A stretch of 64,000 bases of DNA from Bugula neritina (lineage: Eukaryota; Animalia; Bryozoa), in NCBI GenBank assembly GCA_964035545.1, contig OZ037766.1, positions 25,904,339 to 25,968,338 on the forward strand, in the 5' to 3' direction. Numbering within the stretch: position 1 is the stretch's first letter; each line of letters begins with the position of its first letter. The notes beneath the pieces were generated by a model. The model did not search any database. It saw nothing but the letters and a program-made list of their open reading frames with translations, and was not told where the DNA came from. Positions 14,038 to 29,000 of the stretch are shown piece by piece. A program made the translations under genes and the position numbers.

Positions 14038-17000
14038 ATGGCGACTAAAACGCTCCAGTCCCAGGTAACCGCTTGGTTCCCAAATGTTGTATTAATCTTC
14101 AGTATTTTACCAGTGGCTGTAAGTTCAGAGTCAAAATCTCAAATAAAAATGGACAGTACTTCGTCAAATGAAGCTGTGCATAAATTTGACAGCGTGACAC
14201 TACTCATGTTTATGGGACTGCTCGTGGCTACAATTTTGTCAATTTGGATAATAAAACATTTTCGATTGAGATTTATTCACGAAACTGGTCTTTCCATTAT
14301 ATACGGTAAGAAATTAAAGTTATCATTTTATAATCAATAACTTTAAATTATTTTTGATACTGCAGTCAAAGTCATTAAATTCGGCGACTCAAACGCAAAC
14401 TCACAATAACAAAGTGAAAGTCAAAGTGAACGTCACCCCTGTCACCTGTGAGTGTGACTCACTCTCAGGCTGAGGCTCAAAAATGCAATAATAACATTAT
14501 TATTATAATAATTGTTATTAAAATTATGGTAGTAAAATTATATTTTATTATAGTAATTCTTGTTGAAATATAATTTATTATTCAGCCTCAGTCAGTGATT
14601 ATTATAATTATCAATAACTATAAGTTTAGAATTTGTAAAACTAAATTATTCGCATTGAATTTAATATAATTTATAAACCCTGCTATTATGATTATCAAAT
14701 TATCACTGGGATTATGATTAGTCTCAGTCTGCTGTCTTTGAGTGAGTTGTAATTTGTTAAACCTAAATTAGTAAGTGAAAAGTAAAAACCAAAAATAGGT
14801 CCAATCTCACACTTATCTTAGACTTGTGTCTAACTATAATTAAATTATGGCTATCAAAATTATTAATGATTGCAATAACAGTTGAAATAGTGGTTATTTT
14901 TTGATGACTATAAATTAGATCGTCAACTGTTGAGGCTGCCACTGTCATTTAATTTATTTTTGGCCATGATGTTGATACCTATGACCATAAGTTTAAATTT
15001 CATTATTTAATGACTATGAGTCTTTATCTTTATTTATTGGTTCAATAAATGTATAGTTCAATATCAATATGAATTTCACTATAAACAGCAATTGTCCTAA
15101 TCATTGAGTCGTAATGTAATAACATCTTGAAATAAAGCTTTAGCTATTAGTATTTTCATTGTGAAGAATATTATTATTAGTTCAGTGTTTATTCTTATAT
15201 TCATAGTTATGTTGATAATGTTACTATAATGGTATATTATATTGTAATTAGTTATTGATCGGTATTAGTTATGTTGTTACAAGTTTTCTTGGCTCATGGA
15301 TTCAAAATCAGCAATCGAATTGCCAATAACATTGAAATTTATTTATCTTTTGATAAATAATCATACCGGTAAATTTGACTTTTAATTTTTGAGTTTACAC
15401 TAACAGAGTTGTTGTTTTATCATCATATTATTTAACATCAAATTCTAGTATAACATTGATTGTGGGTTTAAGTCTGTATTTAAATGTTATGTTTAGCCAA
15501 AACATGAATTGGTAGTGTGTTAATATCTCTCTTTCTTCTGTTCACACTGCCAACTGTTAACACATGCTAGACAGCATCTGGTGAGATTCTAATCTCTTAA
15601 CCAATAAGATTTCAGTTACAGCTCAGCATTGTCTACAAAATTTAGCTGTAGTTTGAACTTGGAGGGCAAGAGGAGTAAAGTTTTAGCAAGAGGTTTAATA
15701 ATCTATGATGTTACTTTAAATAATGAAACATGTCTTAGATATGACTTGTAAAGAAATATGCTAGCAAGACTATTTTTTATTTATGTTTTTATTATGATTT
15801 GTAACTTGATAAAGTTAGTGTTTCTACAGTTTATACATTATTACACAAGTACATTGCTAACGTGTTTGAGAAAGTGGTTGGAGTTATCTACTAATAGTTG
15901 ATTTGACAAATGGTAGCACACTACTTGGTTACAAGTCCAAACAATCTATAGAAAGATCACATATAGCCTACTGAAGACCTCATCTATGAAGTTGGAAAAT
16001 CTTTTGAAAATAAATTTAAATATCTTATTATGTTATACTAATGTTAGCATTTCTGAAGAATTATATAATTTATAGATATTAGAGTATATTAAAACTACAT
16101 AAGGAGCCCATTTCCTCATGTCTGAACATAATACAAATATTGTTTAGACTGGATCTTCAAAAAGTAATGTTTCTATGTTAAACTGAATAGGTGTGATAGT
16201 TGGGGCAGCTGTTACATACCTTTCTAAAAAGGGGGAAAGTTATGAAGGCATGGAATATGAGAAGCTCATCAATCAGAGTGACGACTCCAACCTCACGGAA
16301 GAAGCTCTCTTACGGCTCCTCAGCTACAGTAATTCTACCCTTAGGGAGTACACCTGTAAGAGAAAACCAGACACAGTGCTGGGTAGCAAGGTATTGTAAT
16401 ACATTCTAATACAGTAAAATGTTTCATACTTCATAAGATAACCTGCATGTTAGATAGGCTTATCTATACTACTGCATGTATTGTGATGTTATTAATAGAC
16501 TATCAATGCAACAAGTTATTAAACAAATCAACACATTACTATAGTTATATCTCCTTTTCTGCTGACATATGCTCTTGGTTGTGCCATGGGTAAACCTGCT
16601 AACAATACCACTACGCAATTCTTTAGACACCATGTGAAAAGGAAAACGTCAAGTACTACTGACTAACTCTGAATTTATGTTGATGGTTGTGTTGTATATT
16701 ATTAAAAAATTGTGATTCTTAAACTTTACATGTTCATCAGGACAAAGCAACTGCACTTAGATGCGAGATTGCTGTCATTTATACTTTTATATTCTAAAGT
16801 TTATGCTCTATATTCTACAGTCTACACTCTATTCTATAATCTAAAGTTTATGCTCTATATTCTGATGTCTAAGCTCTACATTATAAACTCTACACTTTAC
16901 ATTCTAAAGTATATGCTTTATACTCTATACTCTATATTTTACAGTCTCTGCTTTATATTCCCTCACTTATATAAGTTATATAATAGTAATACTGGAATGT

Positions 17001-20000
17001 TAACTAGCTAGCCCTAGCAGTCACTGTTGTATAGACTGTAATTGCCTGTTGGAAAGCCAGTGTTACAATAGCTGGTTGTTCTGTTAAAGACATACTAATA
17101 TTCCACTGCTTATCTAGCCAATCTGCTGTACCTGAGTACAGTTGACTCATGTTAAATGCATCACCAGCACGCAATCATTGTAATAGGTTGTAGTATTCCT
17201 GTAATGCCTGTAATATATAGCATTTACTAAATTTGTAGTAAATGTAGTGTATATCTATATGTCTTAGGATTGTTCTTTACAATTTCTAAAAATTTTAGTT
17301 TTTTATGCTTTTCTCATGATAGGGAATGCAGAGTATAAACTGTAGAGCATATAAAACAGCCTTTGAGTATAAAATAGATTATAGAATGTATACTATAGAA
17401 TGTAGAATATAAGCTATAGATTATAGAATCTATACTATAGAATGTAGAATATAAGCTATAGATTATAGAATGTATATTATAGAATGTAGAATATAAGTTA
17501 TATATTCTAGAATGTATACTATAGAATGTAGAATATAATCTTTAGATTCTAGAATGTATACTATAGAATTTAGAATATAAGCTATAGTTTATAGAATATA
17601 TACTGTGGAGTATATAATACAGCTTGTAACGTATGAACTATAGAGTATAGCCCGTGGAGTGTAGACTATAGATTATAGGCTACAGAGTATAGCCCGTGGA
17701 GTGTAGACTATAGATTATAGACTATAGAGTATAGCCCGTGGAGTGTAGACTATAGATTATAGGCTACAGAGTATAGCCCGTGGAGTGTAGACTATAGATT
17801 ATAGACTATAGAGTATAGCCCGTGGAGTGTAGACTATAGATTATAGAGTTTAAACTATAGAGTATATAATATAGATTGTGCTATATTCCACCCCATTTAT
17901 ATACTTGCAGATGGTTTTTAATCCTGAGATATTTTTCTATGTGTTACTACCACCTATAATATTCCATGCAGGATACAGCATGAAGAGGGTAAGTTTACTT
18001 GGTTTTATCTGTATGTACTTAATTAAAATGTTCATTATACACATGTATGTATGTACAGTGCTCCCTCCATATCTCACTAAGCTACGTGAAACCTCAATTT
18101 ACAAGTATGCACTTAATATGTATCTACTTTATCAGCATAATGTACTATATCAGCGTGTATGCACTGTACTGTATACCAGGTGTATAGTACGGCATATACT
18201 GTATACACTGTATAGTTCATATATTGTATACACTTACTTGTATAATCAACAGTTGAGATAGGGCTGCCAGTACATAGCTAGGGTGTGTACTGGCAGCAGT
18301 ATATCATGCTGTGCTGCTGCTTCATATTATACAGCCTCAGTAAGCATGTCTTACAGCCAGCAGCAGCTTACAGAATTTAACTTCTAGAAATCACTATTAC
18401 TGTAGGTCTACCTGCTGTGCAGGGGTTGCTACTGCTCAGGGGTTGCTGCTGTACAGTGGGTGCTGCTGTATAGGGGTGGCTGCTGTACAGGGGTGGCTGC
18501 TGTACAGGGGTGGCTGCTGTACAGGGGTGGCTGCTGTACAGGGGTTGCTACTCTACAGGGGGTTGCTGCTGTGCAGGGGTGGCTGCTGTACAGGGGGTGG
18601 CTACTGTACAGGGGTGGCTGCTGTACAGAGGTTGCTGCTGTGCAGGGACTGCTGCTGTACAGTGATAGCTACTGTCGACTACAGAAATAAAAGTTTAAAT
18701 GGATGCAGATAGTAAATAGTCCGATGTGATAGTTCAGTGCTACAGGTTTCAAAGCTCAAGTGTATAATATACTCTGTAACCTGCGTGCGTAGTGCACATT
18801 GCGTTACTTGCTGCAGTCTCTTTGTATAAACCTTTGGCCGCCCTTTTGATTCCTTTTAAAGGAATTAACTCTTGCTTCATTTCTTTACTGACTACCAGTA
18901 TAGAGTATAGTGCAGTAGGCTATAATGTTTGTATTATATTCAGTGGTACCAGTAAATTAAACCTTTTGAAACGATTTAGATTTATTCATGTAAATGTTAG
19001 TATGACTAAATCATGTGATAATGACGATATTTGCCAGGATGTAACTCTGCTTAATACTAGTATTTCATTCAGCTACTCCAATCAATAAACAAAAGTCAAC
19101 AACCATCTGCGCAGTTAATACAGAAGAAGGCAATCAACTTTTTCATAATAATATTTTTATTGATTATTCTATGCTAATATAAATTATTTTTGCAATTTGT
19201 TAGCTATTGAGTTTCCAACAAGGTTGCAAAAGCACTTTGCTTTAGCTTTTTATGTTTTTGAGGTCATTTGGTCAGGTTTAATCATAATTTACTTCAGGTC
19301 TTTGATTATTAAGTTCAAAAACCTGATTTCATTCATATTGTTTCTTGAAGTGGCTTGTGTTAGGAAGAGTGAATATAATTGATATATCTAGTATATGCAA
19401 TGAACCTGATACTCATATAATATATACTCCAATACGCTCATATATACTCTAATATACCCAAATATACTCAAATATGTTCTAATATACTCATATTTATGCT
19501 CCAATGTGCTTATATATTTACATGCTGCAATACACTTATATATTCTCTTATATACTCATATCTATTATGTACTTCAATCTACTCCAATATACCCATATAT
19601 ATTCCAATATATATTCCAATATACTCAAATAATTTGTTTGCACAGTGCATACAGTTCAATCACTGAGTTTCTCCAGCCCCAGTTAATTATTAATGCAATT
19701 TTAAATGCTGCTGTTAGATGAATAAACAATTTTTCATAGTTCGTGGCCCATATATCAAAACTGAATTGCTTTCTTGAATCATTTTAGTTGAGCTTTTGTA
19801 GCTAATGCTTTTGTAAATCATAGCATGTAGCCTAGTGTTCTTTCCAATAAATTTTATTGTGATGCTAAGAATGCAACTATATGTTTTGAATTACATCTGA
19901 GTTGTAGTTAGGAGTTGTATTCTCCTGAAATATTCACTCTAAGTTTAATATAATGTGCGACATATTTCACTAAATATATGTTCTTTGCTTTTAATTTTGT

Positions 20001-23000
20001 AGAGACATTTCTTCAAAAACTTTGGAGCTATTATCACATTTGCTTTTGTGGGAACCTTGATATCTACGTTCACTATCGGGTTAGTCTCTTCTCTATGGTT
20101 TTGATTGGCTGATTTACTAAAACATAAAAATGGTTTGTGGCTGTATTTAATACACGTTGTTCTCAGTTTATAACATGAGCTCATATAGCCTACTTGGTAA
20201 TAGTGTGTTATGTTGATACACATTTAATGAGAGTTATCTGCTCTCATATATATGTTATTTTGAGAATGTAATTAATGCAAACTTACAAGCATACTTGTGT
20301 GGTTGATGCTGCCTTACATGTAACAGCAATAGCTCCTTTGAAACTACCAATCATTATACTCACAGATATGTGTTATTTCACATAAATGATGTAATTTAAT
20401 GATGCTTGCAGAGGTATAATATATGGAGTAGTTGAAGGGCTTAGACCTGCAGTCATCAAGACTGGCTTAGATACGAGGTTTTCCTTCCAGCAGTGTCTCT
20501 GGTACGGCTCCATAATATCAGCAACGGATCCAGGTTGGTATGGTGTGATGTAGCATAGTGTTGTTACCCTGCACTGCTGTATTTACCATTTCATATCCAA
20601 TACTTTTTGCTGTTCTCAATTATGCTTATAGACTGTATATTTGGTACTCTCTGTTATATGCTGTATAATATCTGATAGCATTATCTGTTGGTAGTTACTG
20701 TCCTAGCCATATTCCATGACCTCCATGTTGATGTGGATTTATACGCTCTTGTATTCGGGGAAAGTGTGCTCAACGATGCTGTCGCTATAACATTGGCAAA
20801 GTGAGTAAACGTGATACTACTTAATAGAGTATAGTGTAAGTGTAACATCTAGTGTGTTGGTATAGTATCAGATATATACTCATACAATATACTAAATTCT
20901 TGTGTGTTGATACAGTGTCAGATATATATGTGTAAGTATATTCTCCTATGTTTAAGTGTAACATCTGATGTGTTAGTATAATATCATATATATGTGTGTG
21001 CGTGCGTGCGTGTTTTATCAGATGTGTAAGTGTTTTAGTATAGTATCATATCTATATACATGTAAGTACATCTATTATCATATTTGTATTGTGCACGTAT
21101 AATATGAGACATGTCAGTGCAGTATCAGTTCAAAAAATGATGGATTTACAAGTAAATACTCAATATGCGAGGGTTTGAATACTGGTTTCAGACGTCACTG
21201 TGTGTTGCAGTGCTATAGATGAGGGTGACAAAGGTGAAGAGTCAGTTGGGAAGGTCTTTGGTACCATAGGTATGTTTCTGGGTATTTTTATTGGCTCCTT
21301 CGTCATCGGCATGGTTGTCGGCAGCGTCAATGCTCTCATCACTAAGTTTACCAAGATCAAAGAGTTCCCACTGTTGGAGTCAACTCTACTTCTCTTGATG
21401 TCCTATACATCTTATCTCGTAGCGGAAGCTCTGAGCTTAAGTGGTAAGTGGAAGTTTATATCCTTGTTGAAAGTATGTGTGTGTTGGTGAGTGAGTGAGT
21501 GAGTGAGTGAGTGAGTGAGTGAGTGAGTGAGTGAGTGAGGGAGGGGGGGTGGTGAGTGAGTGAGGGAGGGAGGGGGGGTGGTGAGTGAGTCAGTGAGTCA
21601 GTGAGTCAGTGAGTCAGTGAGTGAGTGAGTACACAGTACCCGTATAATACCTATGAGTTGTTATTACAGGTATTGTGTCAGTTCTGTTCTGCGGTATTTT
21701 CCAAGCTCATTATACGTTCAACAACCTCTCCGATGACTCTAAGAAGAATACCAAACAGATATTTGAAATGCTCAACTTTATCTCTGAGAACTTTGTCTTT
21801 CTGTACATTGGAGTTAGTGTGTTCACTCCTAGTTTTTCAGGTACCATTTATTGATATTATGTGAGCTGGTAGTAGTAGTAAAAGTGATGAAATTGTAATT
21901 TTTAATGTACCTTTATTACGTGTACAGATGGTAGATCGTTTAAAAACATCTTTTTCAATTTTTTTTGTCAATTTTTATGGCTGATTGCAAGCTGCTTTGG
22001 GGAGTTGTGAATGAAAACATTTAGCTCAAAAACTGAATGTCAGCAGGTGCAATGAATCACTCATACCTTCACACAGATTCAAAATTATGTTTATATTTGT
22101 GGAAAATATTTCTTTTTAGTCAGACAACTCTAACATTGTGCATTAGTATAGTTTTCTTTTCCAAAATTAATGATTTGCCAGCACCAAGTGCCCCTTGTAC
22201 CATGTTATACAGACCTGTAGTTGTATGCAAGATCGTGTTGTATAACCAAACATGCAGTCTACCTTTGCAGTACTCGGCTCTGAATCTTATTCATATGTTG
22301 GTAATTTGTAGCTTCTCAGCTCAACCCGTGGTTTATAGTTGGAGCTTTCTTGGCCATGATTATATCACGGGCGGTCAACATATACCCCCTTTCATTTATA
22401 CTAAACTTAGGCAGGAAACATAAAATACCTGCCAGCTTTCAGCACATGATGATGTTTTCAGGGCTAAGGTTAGTTCACTAAGGCTAATATTATTTTCACA
22501 GCTGCTTTCCACATTCTGATTTGGTGTTTTTAAGCTTTTGTCATCCTAATGTAATGTTATTGTTTATCATTCATCAGCAAAATGTCATTTTGAAATCAGA
22601 TTTTGAGGTTGTTTGCCATTTGCCACTTTTTCTATCATTGAAGAGCTGAAAATTTACTGAATCTTCTTTAGTGTCAAAAATAGATGACAAATGTGACTCA
22701 TTAATACAATATGTAAGATCTACATATGATGCAATAATGATAGTATTTTTTTTTCGACAATGTATCTTCCCACTTTATAAGATTTATATATACACAAGCT
22801 TTTTCGTGGCTAAAATCAGTAAATCTCCAATTTTCTGGTGATATAAAAGAGTTACAAGGGACCTGGAAGGTATATTTATGGTATTACATGTCATATATTG
22901 TAGTATGAGTATTATTTCTTTAAACTGAGAACATTTGAAATACAACAAGTAAGATGGAAAGATACTGTGTCTTGAAATATTCATTTGTTGACAGTTAGCT

Positions 23001-26000
23001 GTATACACAGTAGGGCTGAGTTGGTACTGAAGTATCTGACATGATTAATACTAAGAGCTGGCTTTTGGAGAAGTATTGGGTAAGCCCTAATGCACAGTTA
23101 CATGATTTGTGTTACTGTAGGGGTGCCATAGCCTTTGCTCTTGCTATCAGGAAGGCGACTGAAGGAACGCCTCAGGTTCAGGTCTTCCTTACGACTACTA
23201 TCATACTAGTTATGCTGACAGTGATTGGCTGTGGAGCTCTCACCCTATCAATGCTGCGGTGGCTCAAGATCAGGTAAAGTGACTGGTCCATTGTAAAACA
23301 TTCTCGTTATGTCGCCTCAACTCATGAACTTTATGGAACTTAGGCTATTGAAAGAGCAAATCTGAAAAATGAATTTAAAATATTACTCTGTACATTGTAT
23401 TCACTTGAAATGCCTATGCTAGCATGTCAATTGGTAGCTTGATATTTAATTTTGAGGCCGTAAGTTATAGGCAATGTTGTATTTCTTGGGAGCTGAGGCT
23501 ATTAATGTAGCTGATGGCCCTCCCCCTCCCTATCCTGTAGGTTTTGTCTATAGCTTCCAATGTCTGTCATATCACCATGTCTATATTATATATACTGTGT
23601 TTCTGCATTTTCTATACTGTTGTCTCACATTTTACAGAGTCTCTGGGTAAATAACTCAACTACTAGTAAATCTATTAGTCTTTACCAACTGTCATTACTT
23701 TATTAATCATAATACAGCTTGTTAACACTCTTTTATGGCTGAGCGGTTTACGCCATATATTAACAGCGGTTTCTAACCAATTGGCACCATAGAAATGGTA
23801 ATGTAGGAGTGTGGTGAAGTTTAGTATATTGATAAAAATATTATAATCATTCATAAAATAGTTTTTCTTGGACTTTATTTCATTTTAGTGGACTTTTTAT
23901 TACGTAATTCGTTGCTCACTAAAGTTGATGCTCTGTGTAATGTCTTGACCCTAAGTGAATATGATGGCTATTTCACCAAGATTTTATTATACTTTAGTCT
24001 TCTTGCTTATGCTTTCTAAAAATATTACTTCTAATAACACAACAGTATTTAACACGGTGTGATAACTCTAGAGTTTCACGTCAATTCTCAGCTCAGTAGA
24101 CTAATAGACTGTAGTTAGTTAATGCTTTGCTTACTTCAGTCTGTCAAAGTCAGACCTCCACTATTAATACACTTTTGAAACTTGGAACTAAGTTTTTTTG
24201 TAATCTTATAGCATCTCAAAACAGATGAATTTCAACTCCAGCATTGGTTTATGGTGCAACCCAGTGTCTTAACTTACAATGTTTCGGCAAATCAGTACTG
24301 TGAAAATTCTAAGTATTTTTTCGCATTTGCAATTTATTATTATTATCTAGTTAATAGCTTTCAAATGTAACTATTTTATTTAAATATTTTATTTATATAT
24401 TTAATATATAATACAAATTAATGAAAACTATGATTAAATCTCAATTAAAACATTTCATTACTTTTTAATATTTCCAAAAATTTATTTCCTAAGATGGTTT
24501 CTATCAAACTAGGATTTAATAACCGTAGCATTAGCTCTCATTAAACTAGATTTTTTTTTAGTAGGCACATTAATTTTATTATATACACGAAAACACATCT
24601 TCATATACAAAGTTCACTTTACTTTATTTACTGCATTTTAACATTTTTTGCCTACTTTATAAAATTGCAGTTGCTAATGTATACAGGTCTTGTGCCTAAA
24701 ACTATTTCTTTGTTGATAAATAAAATCAAATACTTTTTTTATTTTGCTAGATTGTCTATTTATATAATATTTGAGTGATATTGTTTATCTTCTTCATTAC
24801 AGAGTTGGTGTTGATGATGTTGCTGAGACTCAGACACTCTCCACCCCCTCACCGGTTAGTAGTCATTGCAGTGTAATTTGAAATACTCTATTCATATAAA
24901 ACGTTACCTAAGTTAGTTACTTATCAATGTAAGCACTAAAACCTCACTGTAGATTTTAAATTATTAGCAATAATGCAAACTCCATACTAACTGTCACTTC
25001 TAGTATCAGCTATTCTCTCTAGTACTCACAACTCACTCTAATACTAACTCTGATCAAACCTTTCATTCCAGTCCTCATATTAATATCAACTAATGACACT
25101 ATATTAATACTTGATACCAGCTTTCCTTGTATTGGGCTCAGTTTGACTGCAGCTGGTTTACGATTTCTTAAGCTCCGTGTATTATGTATTATTTTTATGA
25201 AGAGTTATCTATGCTTGTTTTTATAGTTTATAATTTATATAAATCTATATTTTCTTCTGGAATTATACCGGTGGTGTTAGTGTCAAAAGTCAAATCAAGA
25301 ACATCACAGTGTAGAAATGGTATCTTGGCTTCTTCTTGTAGTTTAACATCTGTCGTAAGCTGCCTTCATGTACCCTTACCTTCCTTTTATGCCTCACGTC
25401 ATCCACCCTTCCTGCATTCCCTCACCTCCCTGTGTAGGCCCCTCAACACTTTGTTGTCATTCACCTATTGTTCTTATCTGTATTAGGTCTAAAAACCCTT
25501 GGAGACTTCACCTGGTATATCCTGTTAGAAATTAGTTCCTCTAGTATTGCTGGTTGTAAGCCATTACCAACAACTTTGTTGTAAAATATTTGTGTGTTAA
25601 TATTACAAATAATTTTATTTTTAGCACATTTAATTTTTGGCTTAAAATGTTGTCTTACAAAATATATTGCTAACATCCCACTGCTGCAAGCATGTAAATA
25701 TTAGGCAACTGTATTGGTATAAGATAGGCAGCTATATTGTATAGGAAAGGTAGTCGTATTGTATGGAATAGATAGCTATATTGTATGGAATAGATAGCTA
25801 TATTGTATGGAATAGATGGCTATATTGTATAGGAAAGACAGCCATATTGTATGAGCCGTTATACAAAGTTGCTTTTATTATAGCTCCAATTTAGACCTGG
25901 TGTAGGCACTGTGCTTTTGGTAAGAGCTACTTGCAAATGTTTCTAAGTTGCTTCTATGTTGTATTATGTATGGCTCTATGGCAATGTAAGGGGTTATAGT

Positions 26001-29000
26001 TGCTCTAACACGTACTTCATGTCCAACAGTAGTGGAGGGGGTCGGGCTATTCATTTAAACAAGTGGGTGACATTGTAAGAGCTCTTTGAGTTGTATATGG
26101 ATGCTCTTTTTCTCACCATACAATAATTTAACCTTGTACAGCATTTATTCCACAACCATAACAGTTCAGATATGTTTCATGTAATTTTTGCATTCAGTGT
26201 CAAAGGAGTTACGACAGCACTAATACTGCTGACTCTACCACTAACATAAACCTTGAGAGTATGGTAAGGTGTTTGATGTTACGCCAACTTCATCTTGGTT
26301 TTCTCACACTTTTTTGTTTTAATGTGTAGTTTACAGCTTCTAAGCAAAACATACTTTCATTGCGCTGCCTTTACGTTATGTTGTGCAAAGCACTCACCTG
26401 CAGTGTATAGCAAGTGTACCCTGGTGCTCCTTACACGCTGCAAACAATGATATGTTTGCCCTAAACCACCTGGATCTCGTTCTCAAGAACAATCACTACC
26501 ACATGCTTTAAATGCTAAGTTTCATACTTTTTCTGTAACACCCAACCTGCTTTTCAGCTTTGTTGTGTTTTGTTAATTTAGTAAATTTGTGTTTTGCTGT
26601 TCACTATACAATGAAGCTTTGTGTTTGTATGTATTATGTAATACAATTAATATGAGTATGAAGCTAAGTGCTTGTTTCAAAACATCCTCATAGTTTTAGC
26701 AGGTTGGTTTTATATATTGCTCTAGGTACTTTTATGTTTATGTTAATACTTTAGGTACATGTAAGTATGTACACTGTATATATTATTACTTTAGGTACAC
26801 GTTGATGCCACAGGAAATGCAGAGCAACCTCTCCCACCAGCTGACTCTAAGGCTGAAAGAGCTCGTATGGTAAAAATATGGAATCAGCTGGACAACGCGT
26901 ATCCTTTATACCTGAAAAGGAAAATGATAACAGTCATGTACCACCAGGGGCACCTGTTTGACTACCCATGACATGTGGTTATGTGGAGATGCCTTAGAAT
27001 TTATTGGAGGTTTTACATTATGTTATTATGTTTTGCAATGTATACAGTTTGTAGGATATATTATAAAACAATCGAATTATCTTGGTTTTGTAAACCAAAA
27101 TTTAAAACTAAAATTGTAGTCATGGCATATAGTTTGGAGTTGTGGTCTCTCAATGGAGATGCACTTGCGCACAGTACCACTAATATTTAATAACTTCCTC
27201 ATTGCTAAAAAACTGATAAATAATGTTGTATCATCTCTTCCTTGACTTTGGCTTCAGCATATTTAAACCAATACTAACTCACTACCGAGTAACCTTATCA
27301 GAAAATTTTCCCGACAATAAATGCTGTGGCCTGTTGAGTAGAGTTTTAACAACTGACGAGCAGCTGGAAAGAGCTTCAGGGCACGGAAACGGAGAGGTAA
27401 GTGCAGGGTCTGTGTACTACATTTAGGATATAGTACACAGACCATGTACTGCATGTTGTGCTTACAATCTTGTACTACACCACACAATTTATATATAAGT
27501 AACATGTTGTGTTCACGCATACACACACATTGTATACATGTCATTGCATCATAATATTATTGTGACTTCTTATTATATATTATTGTATTGTGTTATATAT
27601 TGTATTGTGTTATTTGTTGTTGTATTTGTTATGTCATTGTGAGGTGTTATATATTATTATATTGTGTTATATTATTGTATCATAATAAATATTGCTGTAT
27701 TGTGTTATGTATTGTTGTATTATATTTTATTGTGTTGTGTTATATACTAGTGTGTTGTGTTATATATTATTGTAATGTGTTATACATTATTGTATGGTGT
27801 TACATATTATCGTATCGTATTATTGTATCATGTTATATATTGTTGTATTATTATTTACCAGGATGATGACAGCGATACAGATATCATAGTAGACGCTGAC
27901 GAACTCACGTTGAACCATCCACAGAGTCCAACACATGTAAGTTTCCACGTCTACTGTCATGTAGAGCTTAGCACGCTTTCCTAATAACTTCAGCTGGTCT
28001 AAATAGAAAATACCACTTTCAATATGTTTTTATGTGGCTCATATATGTGTATAGAATATGTGTATATTTGCTTATTCAGATTTTGATAGTATCTCACTGT
28101 TCATTGGTTAAATTGTTTATAGTATTATTTTTCAATCAATTAATTAATATATATCTACACTAAAATTATTGCTTATCTTTAGAATCATATTATATACTTC
28201 GTAGTCTATCGACTTTGAGATGGTTCTACTATGAAAATTGTCGCCTATTTACAATGTTATTATTATTATGAAGGACTTTCCCACCTGATGGTATTTTGTA
28301 TAGAGTGTTAATCTACTGTGTGATGCCAATATGCATTCATTGATGTGTTATTTTCAGGAGAACCATAAAAATCACATCATATAAACTGGTAAATGTTTGC
28401 ATTTGCAGCTCTTAGTTAACCTTTTCACTAGTTTGATAACTTTACTCTCCACTTTATAGCTGTTAGTTTGTCTGGTTGACCTTTATTAACAAACAGTGTT
28501 TTGCTTGCAAGTTTTTATATACTACCCACTCTGGTGGCATGTTAAAAGACCTGCTCACACATTGTATATCTGTAGACATAAACTTCTTTCTACATTTGTC
28601 AAAGCAGCAATCAATTATAAAAGGATTACATGCTGTTCGATTATAGCTGCCTGCCACTGAATTAAAACTTCAAAGTTATATTTCAATGCTGCCTGCTATG
28701 AAAATTTTGTTGAAACTGGCTGCCTTAATTGGCCTCATCTGTGTGCTCATAACTTAAAGGTGTAAACAGGTCTGCACGACAACCTATGGTTTTAGTTTAC
28801 TGCACATAATTTTTCTCAAAATGTGGTTCTTATCTTTCTTTGGTATGTATTTGACTTAACATTCTAATTTCTATTAGCAAGTAGAGCTTTATACAGTAAA
28901 ATAGCTGCAGTTTACTTCTCTACCTCTCACAATTTCTTATTGGCTGTCTTACAATTTCTTATTGGCTGTTTGGCTCTCACAGTTTTTTATGGGTCATCTG

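Noticed and set aside
17640-17850. CRISPR-like regular repeats
   Set aside because: Head-to-tail units with no unique spacers, in a eukaryotic intron.
18443-18712. Cys/Gly-rich repeat ORFs
   Set aside because: Translation of an intronic minisatellite; no splice or start context.
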